A stretch of DNA of 63,640 nt, counting the filler, from Reticulomyxa filosa (taxonomy: Eukaryota; Protista; Foraminifera): assembly GCA_000512085.1 (NCBI GenBank). It is 15 parts of 15 records of this genome, joined end to end, with 100 filler letters (N's around TTAATTAATTAA, not from the genome) between each part and the next. Parts side by side here need not be neighbours in the genome. Positions count along the whole stretch, not along the records: positions 33,197 to 38,200 come from ASPP01013114.1; positions 38,301 to 39,335 come from ASPP01036040.1; positions 39,436 to 43,768 come from ASPP01022225.1; positions 43,869 to 52,367 come from ASPP01014588.1; 11 more parts are not named here. The stretch is one strand, 5' to 3'. Within the stretch, counting starts at the first letter, position 1. Each line of letters opens with the position of its first letter. The position numbers were made by a program, and so were the translations under genes. The notes below the pieces were generated by a model. It was given only the letters and a program-made list of their open reading frames with translations, ran no database searches and had not been told where the DNA came from. Positions 37,845 through 51,008 of the stretch are shown piece by piece.

Positions 37845-38078
37845 TATGTACATATATGTATATGTAGGACATAAATATACAATATTCCAATAAAATATGT
37901 AATTAATTTTTGTTTGTTTCATACAAATGCATTCTTTCACCAAATCTTGGTCAGCGTGGATATCAATTAAGATCTCTACTAGAGGTTCCAACAGCCCATT
38001 ATCGATCACCAGCTGAATTTGTTCGGGATTGCCCGCGGTTATGTTTGACACCGTCCAAATGGCTTCTTTCTTCACTGA
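35158..38078 (-). CDS. Importin-alpha (karyopherin-alpha)-like protein, last ARM repeats, with ~715-aa low-complexity insertion; 5' partial
   Basis: [36 protein letters not shown]|[18 protein letters not shown]...LEGLENF, then the insertion, then terminal exon [10 protein letters not shown]...[15 protein letters not shown] (ARM10-like) ending TGA 35158. One -1 frame break at 37527-37533. Confidence 0.85.
37780..37865. repeat. (TA)n/(TACA)n intronic microsatellite
   Basis: atatatacatatatacat... inside the importin-alpha intron; similar tracts at 43310-43420 and 31510-31610. Confidence 0.85.
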
Positions 38079-38200
38079 CTACATCGAAAGTATATACATA
38101 TGTACATATACGTATATACATTATACATATATATATATATTTTTTTTTTTTTTATGTACCCTCCTCCCCCCCCCCCCTCCCTTGTTTTACCCTTCCGTTT

Positions 38201-38300
38201 NNNNNNNNNNNNNNNNNNNNNNNNNNNNNNNNNNNNNNNNNNNNTTAATTAATTAANNNNNNNNNNNNNNNNNNNNNNNNNNNNNNNNNNNNNNNNNNNN
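38201..38300. other. Artificial contig spacer
   Basis: N44-TTAATTAATTAA-N44. Confidence 0.98.
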
Positions 38301-38550
38301 GAGTTCATTTTGCAAAGCATTGATCATTAAGACTCTGTTTTCTCTTTCAATCCGAAGCTTTAAAAGCGCCAATTTTTTTCGATTTGCTCGAAAGTGTGTG
38401 TTTTTGAAAGTAAACCCTTGGAAAAGCTTAATTTTGTTATTGTTGTATTTGCTATTAGTAAATATAACAATATAGTCAATAGGCCTTGCTCGTATACGTC
38501 ATATGTACGTATAACGAGACGGAAACCAAGATCAACCACCAACAATACAT

Positions 38551-39270
38551 TCACACAAATAAAGAAAGAGAAGTTAGGAAAACTGAAAATTTGGAACATT
38601 CTGTCAACAGTTGATGGATTGCTTTTCTGGAATCGTCGAAAAAGAATTTGCCCCTGATAGAATCTGTAGACAGATCAAAATTGGATTGATAGTGGAAGTT
38701 TTGCATGTACACATAGCGACATGACTCCAATCCCAAATCTTGGATAACTTGCAATGTATCCTTGTCAGGTTTAGTTGTGGAAAAAGTAAAAACTAAAAAG
38801 AAATTTCGTTTGTGGTCATCAGACAACAGTTCCAGCAATTTCGATATCTCTGCTTTCAATTTCTCATTGTTACGATTGGTTGTAACTGGAATGGCCACAA
38901 GTACCGCGTTGAATTGTAGTGTGTCCACATACTTTGAAATGGAATCAAAGTTTTTTTCGTCTTGTTCAAATCCTCGCGGGTCAGAAAATCCAGGAGTATC
39001 GGTTATGTGCACGTCAAACTCATCGTTACAAAAATTTTCTGTAATACACATAATTGTTTGTGCCTGGCCAAGTTCAGGCTTTTCCAACTCGTTATCTTTG
39101 TACCATTTCTCTTCATTTTCCACTGTCGATATCACTTCTTCAAATGGTTTATCGAGCAAATAATCTTGGATGGCCATTCGCAATGTTGTTTTCCCTGAGC
39201 CACTGCAACCGATCAGTAACAGATGCACTTTTTTTGATCCTTTCACGCTTTTTAAGTCGCTAACATTTTC
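38551..39270 (-). CDS. AIG1/GIMAP-septin-like TRAFAC GTPase domain protein (ends uncertain)
   Basis: LLLIGCSGSGKTT (G1), GQAQT (G2), ITDTPGFSDPRG (G3), FLVFTFS (degenerate G4). A further coiled-coil-like exon probably runs to the contig end at 38301. Confidence 0.8.
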   Translation of the reverse strand, partial: ENVSDLKSVKGSKKVHLLLIGCSGSGKTTLRMAIQDYLLDKPFEEVISTVENEEKWYKDNELEKPELGQAQTIMCITENFCNDEFDVHITDTPGFSDPRGFEQDEKNFDSISKYVDTLQFNAVLVAIPVTTNRNNEKLKAEISKLLELLSDDHKRNFFLVFTFSTTKPDKDTLQVIQDLGLESCRYVYMQNFHYQSNFDLSTDSIRGKFFFDDSRKAIHQLLTECSKFSVFLTSLSLFV

Positions 39271-39335
39271 ATTTTTTTGTTTTTTTGTTTTTTTTTTTGA
39301 ATTGTCTTGTTTTTAAACTCCATTTTTTTTTTTTT

Positions 39336-39435
39336 NNNNNNNNNNNNNNNNNNNNNNNNNNNNNNNNNNNNNNNNNNNNTTAATTAATTAANNNNNNNNN
39401 NNNNNNNNNNNNNNNNNNNNNNNNNNNNNNNNNNN
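39336..39435. other. Artificial contig spacer
   Basis: N44-TTAATTAATTAA-N44. Confidence 0.98.
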
Positions 39436-39929
39436 ACGGCCCTGTTCACACTCTGCCTCCTTGTCTTTCGTGTTCGATCGATATATGGAGTTCTTTGTTC
39501 CAAAGGCCACTCCAAGTATTGTGTAGTGCCAGCTTGTGGTAAAAAATTCTCGTGTTTCTTTCTTCATTTTTTCAATTTTCTTTCCCCAAATCTCCCAGTT
39601 AGAACAACGATCAATTGTTTGAGTTTGCTTGCATCAACGTATTCTGTAAAAAAATTGTCAAAATTATTACTGTTTGCTAATTTTCTACGATTGTGCACCG
39701 CTTAGCCAAAAATATTTTTCAGTCTGTTTCGTGTATACATGGTACATTTATAATGTTATTCACTTGTCAAGGATGCAAACCCAAAACCTGAAATTGATGT
39801 TGTCAAAGCAACAGCATATTTCATGATTGATCCGAATGGTGTAACCAGAAGACTTGTGATTAGAAAAGTGTCCCCGCTTGTAAAAAAAATTTTGCAAGGG
39901 GGTGGGAAGAATATATTATCACTGTGCAG

Positions 39930-41590
39930 ATGCTGAAGCGTATAATCTCTCCTGCCATTCCATTACAAAGACTTGTATCATATGGGCGACACAATTCTCA
40001 AGGTTTGATATTGTGGAAATATAATCGAGCATGTCGACGAGTTTCGACTTCGTCACTAGCGACGCCTGGGTTATTGCGTCGTGTGCAAAGCGACGCACTG
40101 AAGACCCCAATAGCACTGACATACAAGGACCTGGAAGCATTTAGCGATAAACTGCATGCTAGCAAATCATCAGAAGAGCAAGAAAAAGTATTGATCCAAT
40201 CGGCCGAGTTCCTGAGGCAGCAAGTGCCAATACGTTTAGCCCACGTGTTGGTGGCATTGCAAAACCTACCGTACGGAGCAAACAGCGCCCCTTCGATAAA
40301 AAAAGTGTACGACCTGTACTTGGAATCGTACGAAAGTTGCAGCAATTTCCCCGAAATCAATACTCCAGAATTGGAAAAGGGATTTGCTGATTTAATATTG
40401 ACACGATTGAAGGAACACCTTGTGGTTAGAAACAGCCTCCACAACATCAACAAAAAGTATTCATGGTTCACACCCCACTTTTCCCCTTTTTTTTTTATTA
40501 TAAAAAAAAAACTCAATGATATTAGTTTTGAGAATATCTCTTTCCTATTACAGATAGTACCGCACATATGTATGGGCCTTTTGGAAACCGCCGAACAAAA
40601 TCCAATGATTCGAATTGAAGAAACGCCATATTTAAATGACTTTGTTGATAGGATTTGCCACTTACGTGTCTCTCTTCGTATTTTGCTTGGTATGTGTCGA
40701 TACGTACAAGCATCTATGCATATGTTTTTTAAATAATAAAAACAATTACATAAATAAATAAATCTAAATAAATGAATGCATTTGTTTGATTGATTGATTG
40801 ATTGATTGATTTAATAAAGGACACCATATTCAAGTACGATGGTCGAGAACTGGGGTATGCAAAGACACAGATGTCTCTGCGTATGTGGAAGAGGCTGCTT
40901 CGGACGCCACCATTCAATGCGAAAAGTACTTTGGGGAAGCTCCTAAAGTAAATATCAACGATAAACGGAAGCAAAAACACTTCATTTACATCCCAGAACA
41001 TTTGCACCATATCTCATATGAATTATTGAAAAACTCGATGAGAGCGGTGTGCGAAACGCATCCTAATGATTTGAAACCTATTGATATTAGTTTTGAACTG
41101 TTTATATGAATATGTTTGTATTGTTTGTTTAGGAAGAAGAGGAAAGGAGGAGAGAGGGAAGGGGAGCAAAAAAAAAAAAAAGGTGCATAAGTTGAATATT
41201 CTTTTTTTTTTTAAAAAAAAAAAAGTAATTGTCGATACGCCCCAAACCGTCACAATAAAAATTGCGGACAAGGGAGGTGGCATTCCACGAGCGGACATGG
41301 AAAAAATTTGGCTGTATAGTTACACTACTGCTGTCGATCCTTATGGCCGTACTCGCAAAGAGCTCTTTGAATTATTGAAAAAAGAAGCACAGCAAGCATT
41401 GAATCGTGACATTTTGATGGCATTGAAAAACACACCCATGTTTGGACTAGGCTATGGACTGCCTGTTGCACGGCTTTATGCCCGTTACTACGGAGGAGAT
41501 TGTGAAATATTCAGTGTTCACGGCTACGGAACAGATGCTTATCTCCATTTAAATGACTTATCTAAGTCCAAGTCACCTCTTATTTTGTAA
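39930..41590 (+). CDS. PDK: Mitochondrial pyruvate dehydrogenase kinase / BCKD kinase family protein, 4 exons
   Basis: Arg-rich transit-like N-terminus, PIRLAH, ELLKNSMRAV (N box), IADKGGGIPR (G1), YSYTTA, GLGYGLPVARLYARYYGGD (G2), GYGTDAY. Introns start at 40425, 40690 and 41090. Confidence 0.93.
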
Positions 41591-42007
41591 CTTTTTTTTA
41601 CTGTGTCTCAATATGGTTATGCTGCATCATGTACAATTATTGCTCTCTTTTATGAGCAAAGCAAACTACTCCTTTTTTTTCCTCCCCCTATCTCATTTCC
41701 TTTCTTTCGTCTTCTGATTGCACTTGTTTTATGCAAAAAAAAATTTCATGCAGTTCCAAATGAAAAGGGTCTACAATAAAAAAATATAAGAGAAATCACT
41801 AGATTATTGATGTCTCATGCGCTGGTTTTTTTTATATTTTATTTTTTTTCCAGCATTGACAACATCAAACGGTAAAAGTAATAAAAAAACACTGTCAGAT
41901 CAATCACAAACCTCGTATCCACAAATGTTATTAAACAAATACACGAAAACCTAGGATGTAAAGAGGATTTGTTCAAAACATAAAAATTATTATTATTTAT
42001 TGCTTGT

Positions 42008-43338
42008 TCATTTTGACACTTTAGAATAAGGCGATCTTTGAGCAAGACCACGGACGATGTTCCATCGATATTGTTTACGCTTTTTCTGTTTGTTTGTTGT
42101 TTTTTTTTTGTAAGCAAACGACTTACATATTGTGTCTGCCTGAAAAAAAAACGACATATCTTTACCTTTTCATTGGCGGTATTATCAAAACCATTTTGAA
42201 GTGTCTTGTGTTTCACATAATCATCAAAGATTTTGGAATAAGTGTTTTGGTCTCTCATTTTGAAATTATTGATTGCATCTTCGTTGTATTCTCTCAATTG
42301 TTCGTTCCAGTGATTTTTGTTCTTGAAATTGAACAACAAAAAGCACAATAAACATTTATATATTCCCTCCTTTTAAAATTACTTTTTTTTTTTTTTAAAA
42401 AAAAAGTATTCACATTATTATATAAGTAGTATATATGTATTTGTAATATACAATAAAAGTAAACTTCAATAAAGGCAGCAATAATTTTGGGCCAAATAAT
42501 TTTTTTGTCCATATCAACCAATGCTTCAATGGCGTCTTCACTCCAAACCAAAAGAGCTCTTTCAGCAATGGAATGATGCTTTGATTTCATACATTTGATT
42601 AATTGATCAATCACTGCCAATAGGATGCGCCAATGAGGTTGCAAGTCGACTCCATTTTTGTGATTTATCATTGCATTGATGACATTGACAACTTCTGCAA
42701 TGAACATTTCTTCTTTCGTGGGCGATTGAATCGGCCAAAACTTGGAGTTAAACAAACGTACAAAAAAAGTTTTGCCAATGGTACAAAAATGTATACATAA
42801 AGTATATTATGTATGTATGTATGATATTAAAAAAATTTGTTATTTAAAGATAAGAATAATCAAACCCGAAGCAATCCCCCCAAGACCATAGGGGCGATAG
42901 CAGGATCTTTGAAGACGAATTGCACACAACAAGCGACCAATTGTTCGTGGAACCTTTCCAAGCGCCGACACTTGTGCAAAGGGATCAAGACGCATCGCAA
43001 AAACTCTTTGTGTTCCTCTTTGACGGGGATGCTGAAGCCGTGGATAATGCTGCAAAAGATCTCCAAAAACTCGGCAACGCCATTTTCAGACCGCTCACCT
43101 TCATAAATGGTTCGATAGCAGGCATTGGCAATCGAGTCCCGAATGGTCACACGCATGGGCATGAACCGACCGTAGATACGGTGCAAAATGGTTTTCAGAT
43201 ATTCACGTTCGCGCGCATCTTCGGAGGCAAACAATTCAATCATTCCATTCACAAACTTGCCTTCCAAATAATGTCGCATTATCTATGAGCATATAAAGAA
43301 TACGTTAGCAATGTATATATACATATATAAATATATAA

Positions 43339-43377
<39 letters not shown>

Positions 43378-43669
43378 AATGTATATACATATATATACAT
43401 TTATATGTATGTATATATAACCTTTTTATCAATGTCTGTACAAACAATCAAACGCAAGACCAACTCATAAACGAGTTGGAGGTGTGGCCATGACGGATCC
43501 TCGGATGCATCATCATCACTTTCCAGCTGTTTTTTGCGCCGAGGCAAAGAGCGAAACAGGTTTCGGCTGATCATAATCATGAAATGGCGCAATATCGACT
43601 CCGAATACCAAGCAAATTTCGCAATGTATTCCAGTATTTCAGTTAGCAGTATTTTTTTTTTTTCAATGC
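42008..43669 (-). CDS. PPP2R5: PP2A regulatory subunit B' (B56), 5' partial
   Basis: EDPSWPHLQLVYE, LFASEDAREREYLKTILHRIYG, IIHGFSIPVKEEHKEFL, FWP...KEEMF, AERAL, HWN; last exon ends RSPYSKVSK*. Confidence 0.95.
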
Positions 43670-43768
43670 CTTTTATTTGCCACGCATTCTTTTATTCAAA
43701 TTTACAAACAAACAAACAAAAAAAAAAAAGGGGGGAGGGGGGGTTCATGTCAATAATTACCCTCATAT

Positions 43769-43868
43769 NNNNNNNNNNNNNNNNNNNNNNNNNNNNNNNN
43801 NNNNNNNNNNNNTTAATTAATTAANNNNNNNNNNNNNNNNNNNNNNNNNNNNNNNNNNNNNNNNNNNN
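43769..43868. other. Artificial contig spacer
   Basis: N44-TTAATTAATTAA-N44. Confidence 0.98.
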
Positions 43869-43910
<42 letters not shown>

Positions 43911-44560
43911 GTCTCGTCAACCTATTGTTGACGAATTTAGTAATGTGACACCGACAATGCAAATGAAAACGTCAATGCTTGATAGTCCGTGCACTATCAG
44001 AGTTATAGAGAAAATGTGTGTTGCAATTGATTTGCATTTGAAAAGTACTTCTTTGTATTTGCTCTTAAAAAAAAAAAAAAAAAAGTTTGAAGCGTGGTTG
44101 CGAGAAACGGTCAAACTATCACAATATTTATCCCAATTTCAAAGCTATGGCTACAATGACATCCGCATGGTAATGTACATTGACGAGCAGGTCCTTATCG
44201 AAGATATTCAAATGGACAAAAAACCCCATCGCTTAATATTTTTGAAAAAAGCCGGTGATTTGCGTCGCCAGTTAACTGAGGTAAATCTTTCATTTGCTTT
44301 GTTCTATGTGAACTCCTTAATAATTAAAGTGGATGATAATGCTGTCTTGTACAAAGTTCGAAGATTGGCTAAGAAAAATTCATTGTCAACGATATTTATC
44401 CAAATTTGAAAGTATTCATGTATTTACTGTTTCCGATTTGTTAGACAACGTTCTCTCCAAAGAAAAATTGAGAGACGTCTGTGGCAACGATATTCAAGGA
44501 CAGTGTTTACTTTGGTCCAAAATTGTGAAATTACGTACTGCATTTTCTGATGCAGTGTGA
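43911..44560 (+). CDS. Protein ending in two tandem SAM domains, 5' partial
   Basis: FEAWLRETVKLSQYLSQFQSYGYNDIRMV...KPHRLIFLK and FEDWLRKIHCQRYLSKFESIHVFTVSDL. Confidence 0.8.
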
Positions 44561-46606
44561 CTTACACAATCGCGTTGTAATTGACATTGCAAGATAGAGA
44601 AAGTTTCAAAAAAATTTTTATTTTCTTTTTTAAATGGGTCTTCATAAGGGAAAAACATATTTGTCCTTGTGACAAAACTTTTTAAATATTTTGTATTTTT
44701 GGAGTTTTTTCAAATCTGCAGAGACGTGTTTCCTCTGTACTCGCTTGTGAACGTTTTTTTTTTATAGTTATTTATTGTTTTAAGATGTACAAAAATTTGC
44801 TCGGTTGGTGTGTGTTTTTTTATTAACATTTTATTAGATTATTCTCTTTTCGATTTTCTTGAAAACATTTTACAAAGTGTTTTTGTTACTAGTATTACGT
44901 GTACAGAGTCCTACTTAAAACTTTTTATTTAAAAAACACTTTTATTTCTACTTTTTTCCCCAACAAACAAAAGTCTTTTCTAATCGAAGGCTACATTTTA
45001 TTAAAGCACATAGTTTTCTTCAAGCAGTAATTACTTCTTTAAAAATTTATTTCATTTGAAACTTCGTAGCACCAAACTTAAATCTTTGATCTTCTTTTAA
45101 ATTTATTCTTAATCTTTTCAGCATCGTTTTTTCAAACTGTCTTGCCAGTCTTTTACAAAAAACAAGGGAGTTATTGAGTTGTCGTGTCTTTTATTTTTGT
45201 ATCTTATTTGCACATCCACTATATCAGCTCCTCAAAAATTCTGGAGCATCTCTTGGCTCCAAATCATATGGGGTATCCACCACAAAGAGCCAAAGTGTGT
45301 CCATTTTGCAAGATAAAGAGTTGTCTGCGTGTGAAACAATCGTGGTCATTCGATATCACTTACAAAAAATGTTACATTATAACATAAGTTTATCGTTGTT
45401 GGCTTCCTTAATTTCAATTTTGACGTTTTGGTTGTGGATTGACAACAACGCTTCCATTCGTTGATTACGTGTGCACTGCCATCACGACTTTTATCATGAT
45501 GGAACGTAATCGTCAATAACTCAAAATGAATGATGTTGTTTTCTTTATTCTACACCTTCACCTAGCGATAATAAGCAAACTCATCTGCTTACAGAAATCA
45601 CCAATAGCAACATTACTGACAAATGACTCCTTTTTTTCTATTACGTTATTGTAAGTATGAAAGATTTTTTCTGGATATTGTAATTTTGGTTGGAATTGTT
45701 TTAATCCAAAAAAAGGTTAAAATTGTATATGCTCTGTGATCTAATTGTGGTAAATTTTTCCTTAATGATTGGGATTGATCGTTTGACTCTAATTTTCTCT
45801 CAGATGCATTTGTATGCTTGCAATTAAAATAAAAAATTTTAAATGACTTTGTTATGACGATTTGATTGTTATAGATGTATAAACAGAGTGATTATTAGTC
45901 ACGGTAGCTTGCAGCAAATGTTAATGACGGCAGCTGCGCTTGATTACATTAAAAAAACATAGAAGAATAAAGTGTTAACTCTCCCTGTAAAAGTTGATTA
46001 TGAAAAAAATTTGAGCACAAAGAAAAGAAAACAACAGTTAATAAATGCCAACACGTTTCAAAATCAATATCTTCAAATAACAATAAAAAAAAATTCAATA
46101 TCTTCAAATAACAATAAAAAAAGAGTGATCCTCCCAAATGACCAAACTTTGCAATGCACACAATCATAAACACAACCCAACAAATAAATGTGAAAATTTT
46201 TTTTTTTGCACTTTTGCCTGTTAAGTCTTTTTGTTTACGCATAGTTGAGTGAGCACATATTAATTTGGTACATTTCGTAATTACAATGTCCCTGATCAAA
46301 CTAATAAAAGCAAACAACTTTCCATTTTTTTTTTGGAAAAGTCAGCAAAAAAAATCCACAAAGTTCCATCAACCCCTGCCATTTGGTAAACAAAGACAAA
46401 TTTCTGTACATAACAATACCCAGTAATTGTGGATAAACGATGAAAGGATTTCGACATAAAATATACATATACGGTTAAAAAAAAAAGGAAAAAAATCACC
46501 CACATACCAATAAACAAAAAGCCCTCCCTCCTATTCCTCCAATAGCGAAGATAGATCATGAAAATTGCAGTGTGCAACCGGAAAACACTTTTGCAAATAT
46601 TTTTTT

Positions 46607-49421
46607 TTACATAACAAAATGTCCATACATTTTCCCCAAGATCTGTTTCCCCCATGAGAATTTGAGTAGATCTTTTTTGCTTGTATTCCGTTCAATTTGA
46701 GCGATTAACTCCTGACGATATTTTAAGTTAGGAATTTCCAGGAGTGTTTGAATAACGTAGTTACCGTACTCATGACGTACCATTCGGCTACATAAACCAA
46801 AGCAAATGACCTTTTCGTCATTATTTCTATAATGCGGATACAAAATACCAGAAACGATCTGCAATAAAAGCTCGCCTGTCAGCACCCGCAAGCTCAATTC
46901 AACGACGTTCGACGCATACTTGTCAAACACAAATCTCTCCATCTCTCTGCATAGACTTTGCACAATGCATAGCAGGACGTGCTTATTCGTTTCCATCGAA
47001 AGCACTTTTTGTATCACATAATTGCCCCACTTGTTGCAGCACAACTCACTCACTTTGTCAAGCAGTTCACAGCTTATCTGAAGACGTTGTCTTTCATTGC
47101 AATGTGTTAGCAATCGTTGAATGACACGGCACCCGTTCATGTGGACTGAATACTCCAACATTTTTTCTGTGTGGATACGTATAATGTACACGTTATATAG
47201 ATATATATTTTTTTTTTTAAAAGGATAATTCCAAACATACTGTTTTTGGTTTTTTTTTAAAAAAAAAAAAAATGGAGAAAGAGGGAGAGAGGAAAAAAAA
47301 CGTATACATATGTGCACATAAATATACAAAGGTATATGTACTATATACTTTGAATTAATGAAAGAATCCAATCCAAGCAATCTTTGGGGACTTTCTCAAC
47401 GAGCTTTTGCACGACGTGGTTTCCATATTGATCAACAAAGAACAAGAGCAATTCAAATTGCTCGCAGTGTTTCAAGGTGCAAATTTCTCTTAAGAAGGAG
47501 ATTTTGGTAGCAACAGGATAATGTATATCGGTAATGATTCTTTGAATGAGCCGACTGCCATACGAGTTCAAGCTTAGTTCTCGTACGTGTTTCAAAAACA
47601 CAATATTGAGGATCATCAACCCCATGCGGCGCTTTATTCGATTATACGAATCAATGGCATAGCCAATCTCATTGCGCTCACCACCGTTGGCCATCGCAAT
47701 GGTATCGTCAGCACAAAACTGCTCGTAATGATTGGTCACAGCGTTGTCTCCATAACCGATTTGCAAGGTTTGTCTCCACAACAGAGCATCAGTCTCGGGG
47801 TCGCTTCGGGTCCGTTCGCACATGATTTCCAACAGTTTTTGGATCACATATACGCCGCAAGCGTGTTGGCATAAATACGTGCCATAGGGGACAATCATTT
47901 CACGCATTAAGCCTTGTAGCGACTTTGCGCTCGTGTGTTTGCTATCGCAGATTTTTTGCACATAACGACTGCCAAACTTATCTTCGCACAAACGTTTCAG
48001 CAGCACGGGGTACTCCAACAGGTCTTCCAACGTACATTGGAATTGCTGCAAAATCCGCGTATCGAGCATCGTCGGGTCACTCATATTCTTCATCATCTCT
48101 TCCAACATCAGCGTCTTGCTTTTTTCATTTCCATTGCCGACACCTGACATCCATAGCGCCATTATTGATGCTTTGCGTTTGGAGACAGAGATCATTGGTC
48201 CAAACAATTGTTTGCATTGTTTCCCATCTCTATGTTTGTCATTGCCATTGTTATTGCCATCATCATTATCATTATCATTATCATTATCATTATCATTGTC
48301 ATTGTCACTTTCGTACTTTGAAAAATTGCCAGTCTTCTCAATTCTTCTTTCTTCTTCTTCTTCTTCTTCTTCTTTGCCTTTGTCGCTCTCGTCACCACCA
48401 CGTGAAACCACTACTTGCGATAAATCGTACGAGCGCGGCACATTTACTTGATCTTGCCACGTATGCTTATACAATGGGGATCCGGTCATTTGCGGTGATT
48501 GCGGGGGGGTGATGTAATAACTTTTGCTCGAGTTTTCCATCGCTGTCCAGCTGCAGCTGTACAAAGCTGCTCCTGTTGCTGCTGGCATTGCTGTTGCAAC
48601 AAGACTATCACTGGCAGCGGCAGCAACAGCAGTGGTAGTATACGTATCGCTATTTTGGGCATCACTGAAATGTCCACCAATGGCCACAGGCGACATGGCG
48701 CTGGCGCCAAAAGAGTACAAAGAGGTGGGTTTACTCCCGAACGGACGGCCTGTTGCTGCCGAGTAATCGTACAGAAACATGTCCTGAGGAAAACGAGAGC
48801 ATTGCTGTTGCGACAGTGCGGTGTAACTGATGCTGCTCAAACGAATATCCTCGTCTTCATCATCGCTACTCATTTCGTCACATATGCTATAGATCGGGTT
48901 TATTATTGTTGTGGATGACAATCGATTTGAATGCATTATTGCTGTTGCTGTTGCTGTTGCTGTTGCTTCTATCGAACCCACACCAAAATATGCTGCTTCC
49001 GCTTCTGTCAGGCCCAGTAAATCATCTCTCGTGTCTTGTGCTTGCTTTTGTGACACATCCACTGTCTGCTTTATTATTTGCTCTCTTTGACCCTTTGTCT
49101 TTGCCACTGTTGTCTCATTGACGCACGCTTCCACGAAAACTGTTTCCGACGTGCCACACTCCCTCTCGTTGCCGCAGGATGAACAGGGACTTGCTACTGA
49201 TATTATGTCTTTTGCTTGTTGATCATCAGCTGGATATGTCCATGGAAAACACAACCCTCGCCACGACCACTCACAACTGGCGCTATAAAATTTTGAGTGC
49301 TCGTGTTGCTGGCTGAGCCACACATGAACAGATGTCGAGAGTCCATATTCAGCATTGATGGTGCATTACTATAAAAAAATGTTTGAGACATTGAGAAAAC
49401 AGTTTGCTGCAATTTAGTCAA
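46607..49421 (-). CDS. Pumilio/PUF RNA-binding protein with low-complexity N-terminal half
   Basis: Eight PUF repeats (GSRYVQ, GVYVIQ, GSRLIQ, GNHVVQ, GCRVIQ, GNYVIQ, ASNVVE, GNYVIQ) and terminal SWGKQIL; one intron. Start uncertain (probable frame break at 49246-49249). Confidence 0.92.
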
Positions 49422-49827
49422 TTGAGAAGAGGAAAAAAAAAGGCTAAAACCAAACGAGTCTTTCTAAGTCAGAAGATATGAAATATGTTCACTTTTTTCA
49501 TTTGTTAAAGACAGGTCTTATTTCTTTTTCTTTGCTGGTGCTATTCAACAACTCTACAATATTTGAAATAAAGACATTCATTAAAAATAAAACAGCTGAA
49601 TGGTTTCTGCCACGTCTTTTTAACAAAAATTTATTTGTGCACCATGAATGTATATTTACTTTATTTTTTTTATATTGACGTCCTTTTGTATTTTAGAATA
49701 AGATTTATTGAATTTAAAAAAAAAAGATTATCTAAAAGACAACAAAAATAATCCAGAATCACAATTGTTTAATTCTTTTTACTTTGTTTTATAAGAAATA
49801 AGATCTTATATTTGCTCCACATATTTT

Positions 49828-51008
49828 TCATTCCCACAATAAAATAATTTTATCATGAGAAGATGAAGCAATTTTGCTGCCATCTGGTGAAATATCCACT
49901 CCAGTTACAAAATAAGAATGTCCTTCTAATTTCTGTATTTCCATTCCTGTAACCATATCCCACACTCGAACTGTTGTATCATTGGAGCACGATACAATAG
50001 TTTGACTATTTGCAAAATTCAAATCTCTTACTGTTTTTGAATGCCCCTTTATTTTTGCCACTTCTTTTCCTGATGCAACATCCCAAATTCGAATTGTACT
50101 ATCATCTGAACCAGAGACAATTAAGTGATTGTTTGGTGAAAACCGTGCTCTCTGTATAGTGTCAGAATGACCTCTAAACACTACCAGCGCTTCGCACTGT
50201 TTCATATCCCATAATATAATGGTCTTATCAAAAGAAGAAGATATAAGCTTTTCACCATCAGATGAAAATTGCACACTGGTCACACCGGAGGAATGTCCAA
50301 GCATTCTTTTGATCTCTTGTCCAGAATTTACATCCCAGAGTCGAATTGTCCCATCTAATAAACCAGACACAATTATGTTACCATCTGGTGAAAATTGCAC
50401 TTTTGTTTTAATTCCTGAATCTTCTGCCATTTTTTTAATTTTTAATCCTGTATTTACATCCCACAATCGAATTGTTTTATCCTTCGAACATGATACAATA
50501 GTTTGACCGTTTGGTGAAAATTGTGCATCAAGGACATTATCAGAATGTCCTCTCAATACCTGAATTTCTTTTCGGGATGCAACATCCCACAATCGAATAG
50601 TGTAGTCCCAGGAAGCTGATACCATTTTGGTGCCATCTGGTGAAAATTTCACATTTGTCACACCACTGCTATGTCCTTTTAACACGTCTAGAAGACGAAA
50701 GTATTTGGCCTGTATGTGTTTTGATCAATGATTAACGATTGATCAAAAAAAAGTGCAAAAACGTAATTGAGCTAAATATGTCTAACATATTTCGCAACAA
50801 TTTTGTTGAATTCATCAATCCAACCCAACGTTATGGAAAAAACTCGTGTCCAATTTTCCAAAATTATTGCAATATTTTCTTGTGTCTTTGTTTTGTGTAG
50901 GTTTTTTATACTTGAAACGCAAAATCGAAACACAAAATAAATAGATATAATAATCCCTACCAGATGTATTGCATGAATTTGTTGGATGTTCTGTTTTTTT
51001 GTATTCAT
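49828..51008 (-). CDS. WD40-repeat protein (FSPDG-type) with N-terminal WTRVFSITLGWIDEFNKIVAKY motif
   Basis: Same exon layout as the 5547 gene: motif exon, intron, AKYFRLLDVLKGHSSGV..., seven WD repeats to TGA 49828. Start codon uncertain. Confidence 0.92.

Noticed and set aside
25079-39270. GVIN-like, AIG1-like and other defence-type genes as a physical immunity island
   Set aside because: They are on different contigs separated by artificial linkers.
39436-39567. HYTILGV on the minus strand as a DnaJ J-domain
   Set aside because: No helix II KKAY/R or HPD motif before the contig ends.
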